The translations under genes were made by a program, and so were the position numbers. Shown here piece by piece: positions 1-12,800 of a DNA stretch of 64,000 nucleotides (positions are counted from its first letter, which is position 1; the number at the start of each line of letters is the position of its first letter). Source of the DNA: Camelus ferus. Lineage: Eukaryota. The stretch covers positions 88,104,001 through 88,168,000 of the forward strand of contig NC_045697.1 of NCBI RefSeq assembly GCF_009834535.1, written 5' to 3'. The notes under the pieces are model-generated. The model was not told the origin of the DNA. It ran no database searches and saw nothing but the letters and a program-made list of their open reading frames with translations.

Positions 1-827
1 CTTTTCCTATCTTCTTCATCACAGAATTCCCGGTGCATAAACTAATGCCAACAATCTGTTAAGTGAAAGAATAAATCATTCCAGAGTAAGAGAGAAAGTG
101 GGATGGTTTCGGATTAACACATAAACTGCTTTATACATATAAATCTCTAAAAAAATTGAGGTTAAAATGTACTTAATTTAATTATAAGGATGCTTGAGGC
201 AAAGCTGTGTCCCCAGTGTAAGATACCTGGATAATTCTCTACTCTCCCTTATGACAGAACTGAATTTCCTTGCCTGTTTCCAGACTGTAGATCTGTGTGA
301 TAAAAAATAGTGATTATGCCAGATAACATTGATGCTGTTTTCTATTGTGAATTTAAAATCTCTATGTAAGGAAAAACATTTATAATGCCCTCTTGATCAA
401 ATCATCCCTTGTGTTAATTCTTGCCGTGAAAGAATTGTCAGGTTATTGTGCATAGTGTAAGGGTCAGTTTGAGGCATTATAAACAGTGAGTCTGAGATTA
501 TATAAGCTAGAAGGCTGGTTTATAAAGAGCCAACTAGAGAAAAGAGCATCCAAAGCAGTTGAACAGATGTGTATGCCCACCTTCATGCACATAGATACAC
601 CCAGATTTATGCATCAGGACATAGAGATTAATAGCCAGTAGTCAACACCAATAGTTATTTTTAATTGTGCAAATTCATACCACTTGGGTAAGGCACAGGA
701 TTTACGTGACTTCTCCATAGTTACATAATTAGTGAGTGGCGGAAATATTTGGCTTTTAGACTTCAGGTTCCATATTATTTTTAATACATTCTGCAGACCC
801 AGGGTCCCTGGGAAACTCACCGCATAC

Positions 828-928
828 CTTTCTTGCACAGTCAAGGTGGGTAAAACCCTTCTGTACTTGCAAGTTGATGTCAGGTGAATTCTCCTACATC
901 TCTGTATTAAGACTTGGCACCTCTATTG
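828..928 (-). other. Candidate non-coding internal exon (101 nt; 108 nt with the alternative donor ending at 821)
   Basis: Minus strand reads tctctctctccttcag|CAATAG...GCAAGAAAG|gtatgc, with a second donor GCG|gtgagt 7 nt downstream. All three frames contain stops. Based on splice motifs only. Confidence 0.3.
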
Positions 929-2857
929 CTGAAGGAGAGAGAGACTTCTCAGCTTCAGGTGAAGCTTAAGTTTGGAAATTAGGGTTCTTGATCAGTGAAC
1001 AGTAGGTAGAAGAGGCATGAGAGCTAGGTAGGCATAGGGATTGGCAGAAATTCAAGGCCTTTTGTATATCTTTTGTTTTTTTCCTTCCTTACTCCCTGCC
1101 CCTGACCTGTCCCACTGTTAACAAGTTTTAAAGCTATTTAAGCAGTCATGAAATCTTGCCAGGAAATTTCTGGGCCACTCTAAGTCTTCAAATGAAAGTT
1201 CAGAGCTAGGTAGGAGCCATTGGACATTTTTCTGACTGAAATAATTCATTGCTTTTGGTCCTGAGTATAAGCTTGGCTCAGAAACGAAAGATGGGAGGTT
1301 TCTTTACCCTTCATGCCTGAGAATTCCTAGTCCCTGGAGTAAAGAGAGAAAAGAGTTATATATGAGGGAGAGGGTGTAAAAGTACATTCTTTTATTTACT
1401 GTTAGTGAAAGTTCAGGGATATATTTTGTGGGGTTTTCTTTTCAATATTTTGTAATGTATTCTGAGCAAGTATAGTTTTATTCTAATGATACACATATGT
1501 TTGTACTTGGTATGTTGAAAAGAAAATTAAGAACATTTGGTTTAAGGGACTGAGACCTTCAGAAAGATAGTAAGAAGTCCAAGTGGATATTGGAAAATTA
1601 TATTAGGTACTTTATTGAATGAGTCTTATTTATGTGAATTTCACAAGATACTTAAAAGTACACAAAGCCTTCCCAAGTGCATTTTGTCAAGGTTTCTTGA
1701 GAACAAATTCCAAAAAGCATTTCCTTCATTAATGGCCCTTTTCAAGCCAACTTGCCAGGTGTTTCAACTATTTTCCAGGAAGTATAATTCATGTGGGGAT
1801 GTGTGTGAATGCTTCTTTGGCTATTTTATGTTTAAGATGTTCTGGGGTTTATTTATTTATTATTTCCCCCATTGTTTTTGTTAAGATTCTAATTATGTAT
1901 TTGGGAGTTTGTCTGCTTCTTTTTCCACAAGCAAATTCGGAATGCGGGTAATTTCTGAATCATTCTCTCCCATTTTTCAATAAATTATATTTGAACATGC
2001 AACTGAGTTGGAAGAGACCTTCTTTTCCCTAAAAATAATGTAACACAAAAAGGGAGAATCTTTTGGCTCTGAAGTTTAGATTTTTAAATATCTTTTTAGT
2101 TTACTAGATAATAATTTCTTTGTATTTAACTACTAGGCCTATGAGCAGACAACATGCAATCCCTAAATATTATTAAAATATTTTCAATATTAAGCAGAAG
2201 GTACCAGTTACTAAGTATCAAGTAATTTCTGAAAACAGAAGTAAGCATGAGAATTGAGATTTTCTTTGAGGGTGGTGCTATATTAGGAATTTATTTCAAG
2301 TGTTGGGAAGATTTTACAACTAACAATAAAGTGTTTACAATTAAAGATAGAAAGAAATCTTATCTGAGTGGAGTGAATAATCTTGGATTCCAAGTTACAG
2401 TCCTTTTTCTCAGCTGTTTAATTTTCTGGCAAAAGAACGTAGTGCAGGATTTAAATCAAAACAACAAAACATTTATCAAAAACCCACTATGTGCTATTAT
2501 TCTAGTCAGTTAATACTTCTAAATTGTTACTATGGCTTTCAGGTTATTCTTTCACTGACAGCTATTACCAGCTTCTTCTTTACTCACTTCACATTTTCCA
2601 AGTCCACTGTCTTCTCTCCATTGTCTTCAGCGTTACTCAACAACATTCCTCCATATTCCTGACTCCTTTTACTCCCAATTCATCACCATCCTCCTCTGAG
2701 CTCATCTTAGATGACTTTAGTGTCACTAACAGATTTTTTTTATTATTATAAGTACATAGCTTCTTGATAGTAAACTCAATTCCATTTCCCAAACCCCATC
2801 CTAATTCTTATCACCTGTGGAAAAAAGACAATCTCAAGTCTTACTAGCTGATCACAG

Positions 2858-3081
2858 CAGTGGCATGCTGGTAAATGTTTAACAACCAGCTCTCTGAGAA
2901 AAAAAGAGAAGAGAGGGCCTGATCTGTAGCTGTTGCTGATTATCATGGCGTAAATACTTTCACGGTGGCTGACTCCCAGTGACCTCCCATGATTTCCTTG
3001 AATTCAGAATTCGGAAATCGGGAAGAAATGCTCATGATGAGCTTGCTTTAGCTGGAACTAGCTGGCACCAGCACACCACTG
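2858..3081 (-). mobile_element. MER63-like hAT (Blackjack) non-autonomous DNA transposon
   Basis: Terminal inverted repeats cagtggcatgctgg...ccagcacaccactg. 8-bp TSD gatcacag (2850-2857)/gatcatag (3082-3089). Internal gtaaatgtttaacaaccagctctc matches recalled MER63. Confidence 0.85.
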
Positions 3082-3619
3082 GATCATAGGTTCGTGTTCC
3101 ACATTCCTTGTGTCTTTTCCCCACCGACCTCCTCCATTCTTCTAACCTTGAGTCTCTTAGTTATTGCTGACTCTACTAGGTTGATCATCATAACTTCCTC
3201 GTCTTCTGTGTTGAAGCTTATTGGCAATACCTTCAAACACAAGTCCCAAAAGAATAAAATTCTCCAGCTCTTCCCTTTGTGCTGTATATACCCATCAAAA
3301 TTAACCCGGGTTCAACCAAGAGTCGCCGTCCCCCCCACCCCCTCCAGTATTTCCCACTCCTTTCTCCTGGCAGTAAAGGATTCTGGAGAAAATTGTGTGT
3401 CTGTACATTTAAATTGTTTCTTAATCCACAGTCTCTAAATTCTGTAGACTTTAGTGCTTTTATTATTCCTTTTAGTTTCCTCGATCAGTTCCTTCCATTA
3501 CTCCCATAACAGCTCTTATAGTTCTTCGTCTCTTCCTTTAGTTCCACACTTTCAGCCAATTCTCATCCAAGAATGGAGGGCTCAGGAATGACACTGTATG
3601 CCCCTCTCAGTTTTACTTT

Positions 3620-4053
3620 TGCTCAATTCTCTGCTTGGTTGATGGTGAGGTAACAGGGTGATGTTTCAGGAATCTCAGTCATCATCCATCTGATTGCAAC
3701 CAGTCTGGGGTCTATATTCCAGTGGTCAGCATGGAGTTAACTTCTTTTAGCTGGTGGAGCTTTTGGTATTTATCAAACAACTCAAAGATATGGCTTAGGG
3801 TATTATCTGTTGACCCTTCAGGAGTAACTAAAGGTCCTTGACTTTGTTTTATGGCTGAACTATTATTATTTTGTCTTACATGACTGTTTTCCTTTGTTTC
3901 TGAATTTTTCCATTTCTCTGATTAAATTTACTATTTGGAACTCCGGGAAGGCCTAGGAGGCTAAAGCTTTTTTTCACAATCAAGAGGCAAAGAATAAGAG
4001 ATGGGAGGGAATCTGAACCCAGGAAGGTCCCCTCAGGGTTCTCCTCAGTTTCA
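3620..4053 (-). mobile_element. ERV1-class LTR fragment (laurasiatherian type)
   Basis: ttggttgatggtgaggtaacaggg...ggagtaactaaaggtccttgac...cagtttca resembles artiodactyl ERV1 LTRs and ends in a CA terminus. Left boundary is approximate. Confidence 0.65.
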
Positions 4054-4699
4054 ACGAAAACAAGATCCTTTTTTGCAACATGCCTTCACATAAAACCACC
4101 AAATATTATGTCTTTCTTTTATTGTCACTCTATAAAGAATTTGTGTGCCTTACATTTTTATTTTTCACATCATTCAGTCCTTTTTTCCTTCATGGGAATA
4201 TAACTTCTTGGGTCTGCAGGACCATAAATTTCAGAAAGGCTGACAGTGTATGTTGTTCACAGCACTCTACAACATGCCTAGGCAATCAGTAAGTATTCAT
4301 TGAATAAATATATGCCATCACTGCTCCTGAAACTGCCCTCAATTAGCTAATCAAGATTTCTTGTAATTTTCGAAATGATTTAAAATTTTTTTTAAACCAT
4401 CTGTATGGCTTTCTTTTACAAAAGACCCTTCTGGAAGCTTTTTATTCTTAAAAACCTTTCATTTCTTGATTTCCATGTTTATACTTTCTTTGTGTTTTCA
4501 TCCTATCTTTCTGAATACCCTTTGTTTTCCTTTGGTGATTTTTTCTTCTGCCTGCTCCATGAAGTTTGATGAGCTCCAGTATCATTTCCTTTCTCAGTTT
4601 TACCTTTTTCTGTGTGGTTTGCTATTAACACATATGAAGAATTTATATGCACTAGCTTGTCTGTATATCGATAACCGAATCTGTTTTCAAAACTACATT

Positions 4700-6510
4700 A
4701 ATTAAGATAATATAATATTGATATAAGGATAGACAAATAGGTCAATGGACCAGAATAGAGAGTACTTAAATAGATTCACCTGGACAAGGTAAAAAAAAAA
4801 AATATGTTGACGGAGGTACCAGTGTAATGCAATAGGCAATCTTTTAAAGAAACTGTTACCCCAAAAGGGAAAGGAAAAAAGACCCCAGTTCTTGTCTTAC
4901 CTGAAAGATAAGAATTCAGATGGGAGATGGAAGTGTTGTGTAGCAAAAGATTTTAAAGGTTTTATTAGCAAAGGGTAAGTATACCTCCAAGAGTGGGAGG
5001 TGTGCTGATCCAAGGGTGGATAGCAATGGTCTTTGTTTGCCCCTTCTCTTGTACCCTTGCTCAGAGGTGGTCTCTTGATTGATTGATGGCTCTTGTGCCT
5101 GGAGTGCTTAGTCATGCTCATTCCCTTTTGTGTATGTCCTTACCCATGATGCCCACAGAAAAATCCATGGGGAAGGGCCTAGACTGCAATGCTAATTACA
5201 TTACAGCAAGCACTGAGTCATGCCCAATTGCAGCAGTCAGGTTTTAAATGATTTCTTGCTGGCACTCACTTAGAGGAAATAAAGCCCCTTTACGTTGGAG
5301 TCGGGCATAACCCCATCTTCCAGACCATCCTCCCTCTCCTCCTTCTATGTGCTCAGTGCCCCCACTTATCTAACTGCCTAACAAAATGATGCTGAAACAA
5401 CTGGATAATCTTATAAAAAAAATTATTATCCTTGATTCCTATAATAGAACATACAAAATACTAACTTGAGCTAGATTTTAAACCTAAATGGGAAAGGCAA
5501 ATGATTTTTTGAGTAAGAAAAACCTAAATATAAAAGAAAAAAATGAACTGGACTTCATAAAAATTCAAAATATCTTCTCATCAGAATGTATCATTAAGAA
5601 ACTGAAAAAAATCTACAGACTATCAGAAAATATTCCCAACACATATATTCAACAAAGGATTCCTACAAATCAGTAATTAAAAATTAAACTGGCAAATAGA
5701 TTATTTCAAAAAATAAGATATGTGAATGGCCAATAAGCCCGTGAAAAGTTGATCAATCTCATTAGTTACCAGAAATGCAAATTAAAATCACAATGAGCTG
5801 TTGCTACATACCCAGCAGAATGGCTAAAATTTGAAAGATTAATGCTAAGCACTGTATGTTAGGATGCAAAGCAAGTAGGCCTCTCATCCAGTGTTTTTCT
5901 GCATGTTATATGATACAATCACTTTGAAAAATGTGTCAGCAGCTATTTTAAAAGTTGAACATGCTCCTACATTATGATGCAGTGATTCCACTTCTGAGTA
6001 TCTACTGAAAATGAATGAAAATATGTGTCTTCTCAAAAAACTTGTGTAAGTATTTTCACTGCAGTTTTGCTTATGTTATCAAAGTATCAGAAACAACTTA
6101 AATGTCTGTCAAGAGGAGAACTGATAAATATATTGAGGTGTAATCACTCGATGGAATATTACTCAACAGTACATTAATTTAAAGAATGAACTCCTAATGC
6201 ACATGATTAAATCTCAAAAACTTCATGTTGAGTAAAAGAAGCGAGACTCTGAAAGTCTATATGATTCCATTTACATCAAGTTCAGGAACAAGCAAAACTA
6301 ATTTGTGGAGATAGAAATCAGACTAGTGATTATCCTTGGGAGGGGGGTGATATTCCGTGAAGGCAAACTGGACCGTCTAAGGTGATGATAATGTTCTGCA
6401 GCTTGACTGGGATATTGGTAACAGAGTTGATTACACTTGTCAAAACTATTGAACTCTGTACTTAGAACTCTATATTTTACTTCCCCTAACTATACCTCAG
6501 TTAAAATTAA
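4700..6510 (+). mobile_element. Old L1M (L1MB/MC-like) ORF2 3' part plus 3' UTR, interrupted by an LTR
   Basis: L1 motifs caatggaccagaatagagag, atgcaaattaaaatcacaatgag, atgattccatttacat, and the 3' end ctatacctcagttaaaa. The L1 reads through across 4853/5384. Confidence 0.85.
4854..5383 (-). mobile_element. Solo LTR (ERV1-class) inserted in L1
   Basis: Termini TGTTA...TAACA; 4-bp TSD aaac/aaat; tttatt (AATAAA on minus) near 4961; splits the L1 motif aatctttt..aaa|aaatgatgctg. Confidence 0.8.
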
Positions 6511-6967
6511 ATCATTAAAAATATCAATATTTTCAAGTCTCATGTCTCTCTTGGATTCCCAGTCTAGATTACTAATTAGTTATTGAATGTCTCAACCTGC
6601 AGAGCTATATTTTGGATGTGATATATTAAATAGTGGAACTCTGTATTTTTTCCCAAGTTTTCAACTACTCTTCTTCTGCCTTTTGAGTTTTATTGCACAT
6701 TGTATAAGATTCCATTTTCCTCTCCTTTCTTTGTATATCAATTAAATTTCTTTTTAAAAAACTTTTTAAAGTGATTGTCTTAGAGTTTGCAATATACATT
6801 TACAACTAATTCAAGTCCACTTTCAAATAATGTTATATCACTTCACAGGTAATGCAAGGAAGGATTTTATAATAACAAAATATCCCTAATTCCTCCTTCC
6901 TATCTCTTGTGTGATTGTTGTCATTCAATTTACTTATACATAAGCATATATAAGGAGATATAACTAT

Positions 6968-7008
6968 GTGAGTGTGTGTGTGTGTATATATATATATATG
7001 TGTGTATA
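6968..7008. repeat. (TG)n(TA)n microsatellite
   Basis: gtgtgtgtgtgtgtatatatatatatatgtgtgtata. Confidence 0.9.
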
Positions 7009-7014
7009 CATAAC

Positions 7015-7885
7015 TGTGAAATAATAGAAAAAATTTATATATTGGTTTCTGCCTGTGGTTCCCAGCACACAGCTCTTAAAACTCTTGTAATTCCCTAAGT
7101 CATAAAACACTAGGGCATCTTTGGTTCTAATATTTGGTTTTTGACCCTGGTTCCCGATACCAAGCTCCTAAATTCCTTGTAATTTCTTAGGTGATAAGAG
7201 TATCTTTTGTTCTAATGAGGTGACTCTGAATGTGCTTCTGGATGGGTCACCAGAAGGACGAAGCCATGATTAGGAGCTTGGAATTTTCAGCCCCACCCCC
7301 ACCCCCCCATTTTCCAGAGCAAGAAGTGGGACTGGAAATGGAGTTAATGATTAATCATGCATATGTGTTGAGGTCTCCATCTAAATCCCAAAAGTACAGG
7401 ATTCGGAGAGTCCTGGGTCCATGGACACGGAGGTGCTGGGGGAGTGGCATGCCGGGAGAGGGCATGGAAGCTCTGCACTCCTTTCCCACATGCTTTGTCC
7501 TATGCATCTCTTCCATCTGGCTGTTAATCTGTATCCTTGTTCATATCCTTTTATAGTAAACTGGTAAACAGTAAATAAACTGTTTTCCTGAGTTCTGTGA
7601 GCTGTTTCAGCAAATTAATGGGACTTGCTAGGAGGGTCGTGGCAACCTTGAATTTATAACTGATCAGTCAGAAGCACAAGTGACAACCTGGACTTGCAGT
7701 TGGTAATGGAATTAGGTGCAGTCTTGTGGGACTGGGCCCTTAACCTGCAGGATCTGACACTAAACTGGTGTCACAGAACTGCTTGGTGTGGAAAGACCCC
7801 ACGCACATCTGGTGTCAGTGTTGTGGGTGTGGTGGTAGTGTGAGATAAAGGAGGCACAAGAGGAAGACTGAGGATATTCCTCATT
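7015..7885 (+). mobile_element. MER21-family LTR
   Basis: Starts tgtgaaata. Matches recalled MER21 motifs ggtcaccagaag..catgattag..tttcagccccacccc, gagggcatggaagctctgc, ctgagttctgtgagc, gtcttgtgggactg. Confidence 0.85.
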
Positions 7886-8820
7886 TCCCCACTGTTGCTA
7901 GTATTACTTTGGAAAAAAAAAAAAACCATTATTTGTTAGATCAGTTAAGAATAAGGATAATAAAGTTTTTATTTTACCTTCATCATTCCTTCTCCAGTGC
8001 TCTTCCTTTCTTTATGTAGCTCCAAGTTCCTGACCATCATTTTCCTTCTTTCTGAAGAACTACCTCTGACATTTCCTGCTGAACAGTTCTACTATCTACA
8101 AATTCCCTCCGTTTTTGGTTAAGAAAGTCTTTATTTCCTTCTTCTTCTTTTTTTTTTTTTTTCCAGGACAAATCTGCAGTATACAGAACTCCTGGTTGAT
8201 TTTTTTTTCCTCAACAATTTAAAAATATTTTACTATACTCACATTGCTTGCCTAATTTCTGAGAAGTAGGATGCCGTTCTTATCTTTGTTTCACTGTAGA
8301 TAAGGTGTTTTTCTCCCTCTGGCTTCTTTCAAGAATTTTTCTTTATCTTTGATTTTCTGCATTTTGTTATGATATGCATTAAGTGTAGGTTTATTTTTTT
8401 GGAATTTATCCTGCTTGTTCTCTGAGCTTCCTGGATCTTTGGTTTGGTGTCTGACATTAATTTGGGGAATTCTAAGTGGCTGCTGCTTTAAATATTTCTT
8501 CTGTCCTTTTCTCTCTTTCTTCTCCTGATATGACTGTTACACATGTTTTACACTTTTTGTACTTGTCTCACAGTTTCTGGATGTTCTGTTCCTTTATTTA
8601 TTAACGTTTTTCAGTCTCTTTTCTCTTTGCTTTTCAGTTTTGGAAATTTCCATGGACATATCCTCATGCTCAGAGGTTCTTTGCTTAGCCATCTTCAGTC
8701 TACTAATGAGCCCATCAAAGGCATTCTTTATTTCTGTGACAGTGTTTTTGATCTTTATCATTCCCTTTTTATTATTTCTTAGACTTTCTATCTCTCTGCT
8801 TTCATTGTCCATCTGTTCTT

Positions 8821-8976
8821 CTTTTATTATTGCATAAATTTGACATGAAACATGTTGTAAGTTTAAAGTGTATGTTACTTTGATAGATTTATGTATTGTA
8901 ATATGGTTGCCATTGTAGCAATATTTATCACATTACACAATTACAGCACAATATCATCTCTATTCATTGTTCCCTG
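8821..8976 (-). mobile_element. Short 5'-truncated L1MA-like 3' tail nested in L1 ORF1
   Basis: TSD tgtccatctgttctt (8806-8820)/tgcccatctgttctt (8977-8991). catgttgtaagtttaaagtgta is the reverse complement of an L1MA 3' end. Confidence 0.75.
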
Positions 8977-10077
8977 TGCCCATCTGTTCTTGTGCACTAT
9001 CCATTATGTCCTATCCTTTGGAGTCATTAGCACATTAATCATAGCTGCTTTAAATTCCAGTCTGATCATCCCAACTTCCTTGCCATATCTGAGTCTAATG
9101 GTGATGTTTTCTCTGTCTTTTCAGACTGTGTTTTTTGCCTTTTAGTAGTTTTTGAAACTTTTTGTTAAAAGCTGTACATAGTGTACTAGGGAAATGAAAC
9201 TTCATTAAATAGGCCTTTATCAGTATGTTGGTAAGTTATGGAGGAAGGGGAGTGTCCTATAGCCCTTTGATTATGTCTTAGACTTTTAATGAACCTTTGC
9301 CCCTGGTTTGTGAGCTTTACAAATAATTACCAGTTTTTTCACCTACTTACGTTGGACAGGATGGCTGTTGGGGTCTAGGATTGGTTATTTTCTTTCTGTC
9401 TTGTGGAAGACTAGAGTGAGCTAGAGTTAAGTATTTCTCTTTAGGTGGGTTGAACAGGCTCTTCCAAAATCCCTGCGGTTTAGGCTTTGACAACATAATT
9501 TCTCTGAGGGCAGGTGTTAAGAAGAATCAAAGGCTCTGGCGTACTTCACAATGGTTATATTTTCTCTCACCCTGCTGGAAGCACAAAGGGATTTTCCTCT
9601 GGTCTTTACTGTGAGGACATTGTGGAGCTGCAGAGGGTACAGTTCACAGGAGTATCTGGACCTCTGTATGACTAGGCTCTCCTGGAGTTTCTGACTGTCA
9701 GATTTGTCTGCATGGACCCTGTGGCAATTTGTCCATTATAGTTTAGGTTTTCCTACCTTGGTATTGGTTCCCACAGAGGTTTCTACTCATGAGTGTCTGC
9801 TTCTATTAAGTTTGATTCTCTGTATCCACATGGCTGTCTCTCCAACTTGGGGGACAGTACTTTGTCCTGTGACCTCACATCTCTAACTTATCTAGCATGA
9901 GTTGTTGATTTTTAGGTCTGTTCAGTTTGTTTATTGTTGTTAGGGTGGATTGAAGACTTCCAAGCGTCTTACATACTGGACCAGAAACTTAAAAACCAAA
10001 TTCTGTTTTTATACTACTGAATTGACATAAGAGTTAGTGAATTTGCTTAACTGTGAAAGACCTAATTTTGAAACTGT

Positions 10078-10585
10078 TGTATTAGTTCCCTGTTGCTGCT
10101 GGAATACTTTGCCACAAACGTAGTGGCTTACAACAAAACAAAGACGTTATCCTACCGTTCTGGAGGTCAGAAGTTAGAGATGGGGTTTACTGTGATAAAG
10201 TCTAGATACTGGCAAGTCTGCATTCCTTCTGGAAGCTGTGGAGTTCTTCTTCCTCGCCTTTTTCACCTTCTAAAGACCACCTGCATTCTTTGTCTCTTGA
10301 CGCCATTTTTCTGTCTTCAAAGCTAGCAACGTGGGGCAGAGGCTTTGTTAAGCTGCTGTCTCTGGTTCTTTCATCTGATTTTCTCTTCCACTTTTAAGGA
10401 CTCTTGCGATTACATTGGACCCACTCGGATAATCCAGATTAATCTATTTTAATGTCAAACAATTAGCTACTTTAATTCTACCTGCAACTTTAATTCCTTT
10501 TTGCCACATAATATAACATAGTCATGGGTTCCAGAGTTTAAGATGTAGACATCTTAGTATGAGGAGCATTATTCTACCTGCCACA
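10078..10585 (-). mobile_element. MLT1 (MaLR) solo LTR, MLT1D/E-like
   Basis: tgtattagttccctgttgctgct...ttctggaggtcagaag...gattacattggacccac...attctacctgccaca. Confidence 0.85.
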
Positions 10586-10785
10586 GCTGATGCGTTCTTC
10601 TTGATTTAGGGCAAATGTGGGAAGGATTAACCAGTTTTATCAATGAACATGCAAATATTAAAGGAAACATTTAGTGGGAGGAAGCTAGGTTCTGATTTTT
10701 AAAACATATAGGTATTTTTGGGAAAATGTAGAGAATGTGAATTTACTATTTTAAATATGAATTTTATGAAATCTAAATATAGCTC

Positions 10786-11434
10786 AAAAAGGGAACCCTT
10801 CTACACTGTGGAGGGAATGTAAATTGGTGCAGCCATTATGGAGAACAGTATGGAAGTTCCCTAAAAAAATAAAAATAGAGTTACCATGTGATCCAGCAAT
10901 CCCAATGCTGGGCATATATATGCAGAAAACTCTAATTTGAAAAGATACATGCACTCCAGTGTTCATAGCAGCACTATTTACAATAGCCAAGATGTGGAAG
11001 TAACCTAAATCTCCACTGACCGATGACTGGATAAAGAAGATGTGGGTGTATATATACAATGGAATGCATTACTTTGCTGTAAAAAAATGAAATAATGCCA
11101 TTTGTAGCAACTTGGATGATCTAGAGATTGTTATCATACTAAGTGAAGTAAGTCAGAGAAAGACAAATGTCATATGATAGCACTTTTATGTAGAATCTAA
11201 AAAAAAAAAAATGATACAAAGAAACTTATTTACAAAATAGAAACAGACTCACAGACATAGGAAACAGCTATAGTTACCAAAGGGGAAAGGAGGAGGAGGG
11301 ATAAATTTGGAATTTGGGATTAACAGATACACACTACTATATATAGATAAACAAGTCCTACTGCATAGCACAGGGAACTGTATTCAATATCTTGTAGTAA
11401 CCTATAATGGAAAAGAATCTGAAAAAGAACACAT

Positions 11435-11468
<34 letters not shown>

Positions 11469-11545
11469 GCTGAATCACTTTGCTGTATACCTGAAACACT
11501 GTAAATCAACTATACTTCAGAAAAAAAAATTAAAAAATAAAAATA
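10786..11545 (+). mobile_element. Artiodactyl-type L1 3' end (relatively young)
   Basis: aaaagggaacccttctacactg...tttgggattaacagatacacactact...aatcaactatacttca followed by a poly(A) tail; internal (TG)n(TA)n at ~11435-11468. Confidence 0.9.
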
Positions 11546-11584
11546 ACTCAAGTTCCTACTGAAAATTTATCACCCCAAATGGTG

Positions 11585-11809
11585 AGTGCTGTAAGTGTAA
11601 AATATGTACTGTATTACAAAGACTTAGTTTGAAAAATAATGTAAAATATTTCATTATAATGTTATATTAATTATATTTTGAAATTATTGGGCATGTTTAG
11701 GCCAAATAAGATAGATTGTTAAAATTAATTTATCTTTAAAAAATATTTTTTAATGTGGTTATTAAGAAAGTACATTCAGCTTGTGTTATAGTTCTACTGG
11801 ACGGAGCTG
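11585..11809 (-). mobile_element. MER33 hAT-Charlie fragment
   Basis: gtgctgtaagtgtaaaata...aaagacttagt..aaataatgtaaaatat...ttctactggacggagctg is the reverse complement of recalled MER33. Confidence 0.75.
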
Positions 11810-11989
11810 ACGGAGCCGTCAGGGTTACACGTTTCCTTTACGTGGTGACTTGCGCTTCCCTGGCACGAATTCACATGAAGCCTGGGATGTAGTGAATGAA
11901 CGTGCAGGGCACAGCTGGCCCAGCTGCTGCTGGCTGCTGGCTGCTCTCAGAGACGGAATGTTAGAAACAGTGCAAGTGTCACCAGGTCT

Positions 11990-12460
11990 ACTCTGTGGGC
12001 CAGGTATTGCCTATTGGCAGCCAGAATTCATATCCATTATCTTTAATATTTCCTTTATGTTATATGGATTGCAAGGTTGGGAAGTAAATTTTCCAGTCTT
12101 CTTGGCCACTAGGCTTGTGAGTGTGATCGAGGTTCTGCCAATGGGATGGCAACTGTGCAACTTTATGGAAAGCAGAGGCCATTCCCTTCCCTGTGTCGGT
12201 GGTTTTGGGGGAGGTCACACTCTACATTTCATTCCCTCGTCACCAGCTTTTTGGGTCGTGGCAGCCATTACGTTGGTGCAGTTCCTGTTTTCTGATCTCT
12301 GCATGGCAACTGTGGTACTCTTACTTTGACACTTAGTGGCAGCCCTCTGATCTCTCCATCTCTGGCCCTTCCAATAATGTTACAAGCATTTAATGATCTA
12401 TATAAAGAACTTCTTTGTTAAAATGCTTGGAATGGTTTCCATTCCCTGTGCTAAACGCTG
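11990..12460 (+). mobile_element. LTR33-like ERVL LTR, degraded
   Basis: ggttctgccaatgggatg and the 3' part cccttccaataatgttacaagcatttaat...aaaatgcttggaatggtttcc. Confidence 0.5.
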
Positions 12461-12464
12461 CAAC

Positions 12465-12800
12465 GCACCTCATTTTCAGATGAGGGAAAAGAGTTTCTAG
12501 ATTTGATTCAGGCTAGAAAAAGAGTCAATGGCAAAGACTGGATTAGAATTAAGCTCTCTTATTTCCTTTAAAATATTCTACATCTGCACATATAGAAAAC
12601 AATGCATAGTGTAGTAGAATATGAATGCTTGAAGTTAAGTAGATGTCTGTTTGAATTCTAGCTTTTCTGCTTACTAGCTGCGTGACCTTGGGCAAGTCAC
12701 TTGATTATCATCTCAGTTTCCTTATCACACAAAGTGGTTGTAACTATTGACATGTTTATTGAATTTCTTGACATATTGTTAGGAATTACTACATACTCAG
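12465..12800. mobile_element. MIR fragments (one minus, one plus)
   Basis: cattttcagatgaggg; MIR core ttgaattctagc..cttactagctgcgtgaccttgggcaagtcactt. Confidence 0.75.

Larger units (their letters stand above)
6700..9990 (-). mobile_element. Old L1M (L1MC/MD-like) 5' portion with decayed ORF1
   Basis: ORF 8594-8812(-) IKIKNTVTEIKNAFDGLISRL...SEHEDMSMEI is an L1 ORF1p coiled-coil remnant. T-rich antisense L1 texture. Interrupted by MER21 and a short L1. Confidence 0.85.

Noticed and set aside
7055..7217. ~90-bp internal duplication
   Set aside because: Diverged copies inside the MER21 LTR; most likely a feature of the subfamily consensus.
8594..8812. Coiled-coil-like 72-aa ORF
   Set aside because: Decayed L1 ORF1 remnant, not a host gene.
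11850..12329. Longest ORF in the track (159 aa)
   Set aside because: Non-ATG start, overlaps a degraded LTR33-like element, no recognisable domain.
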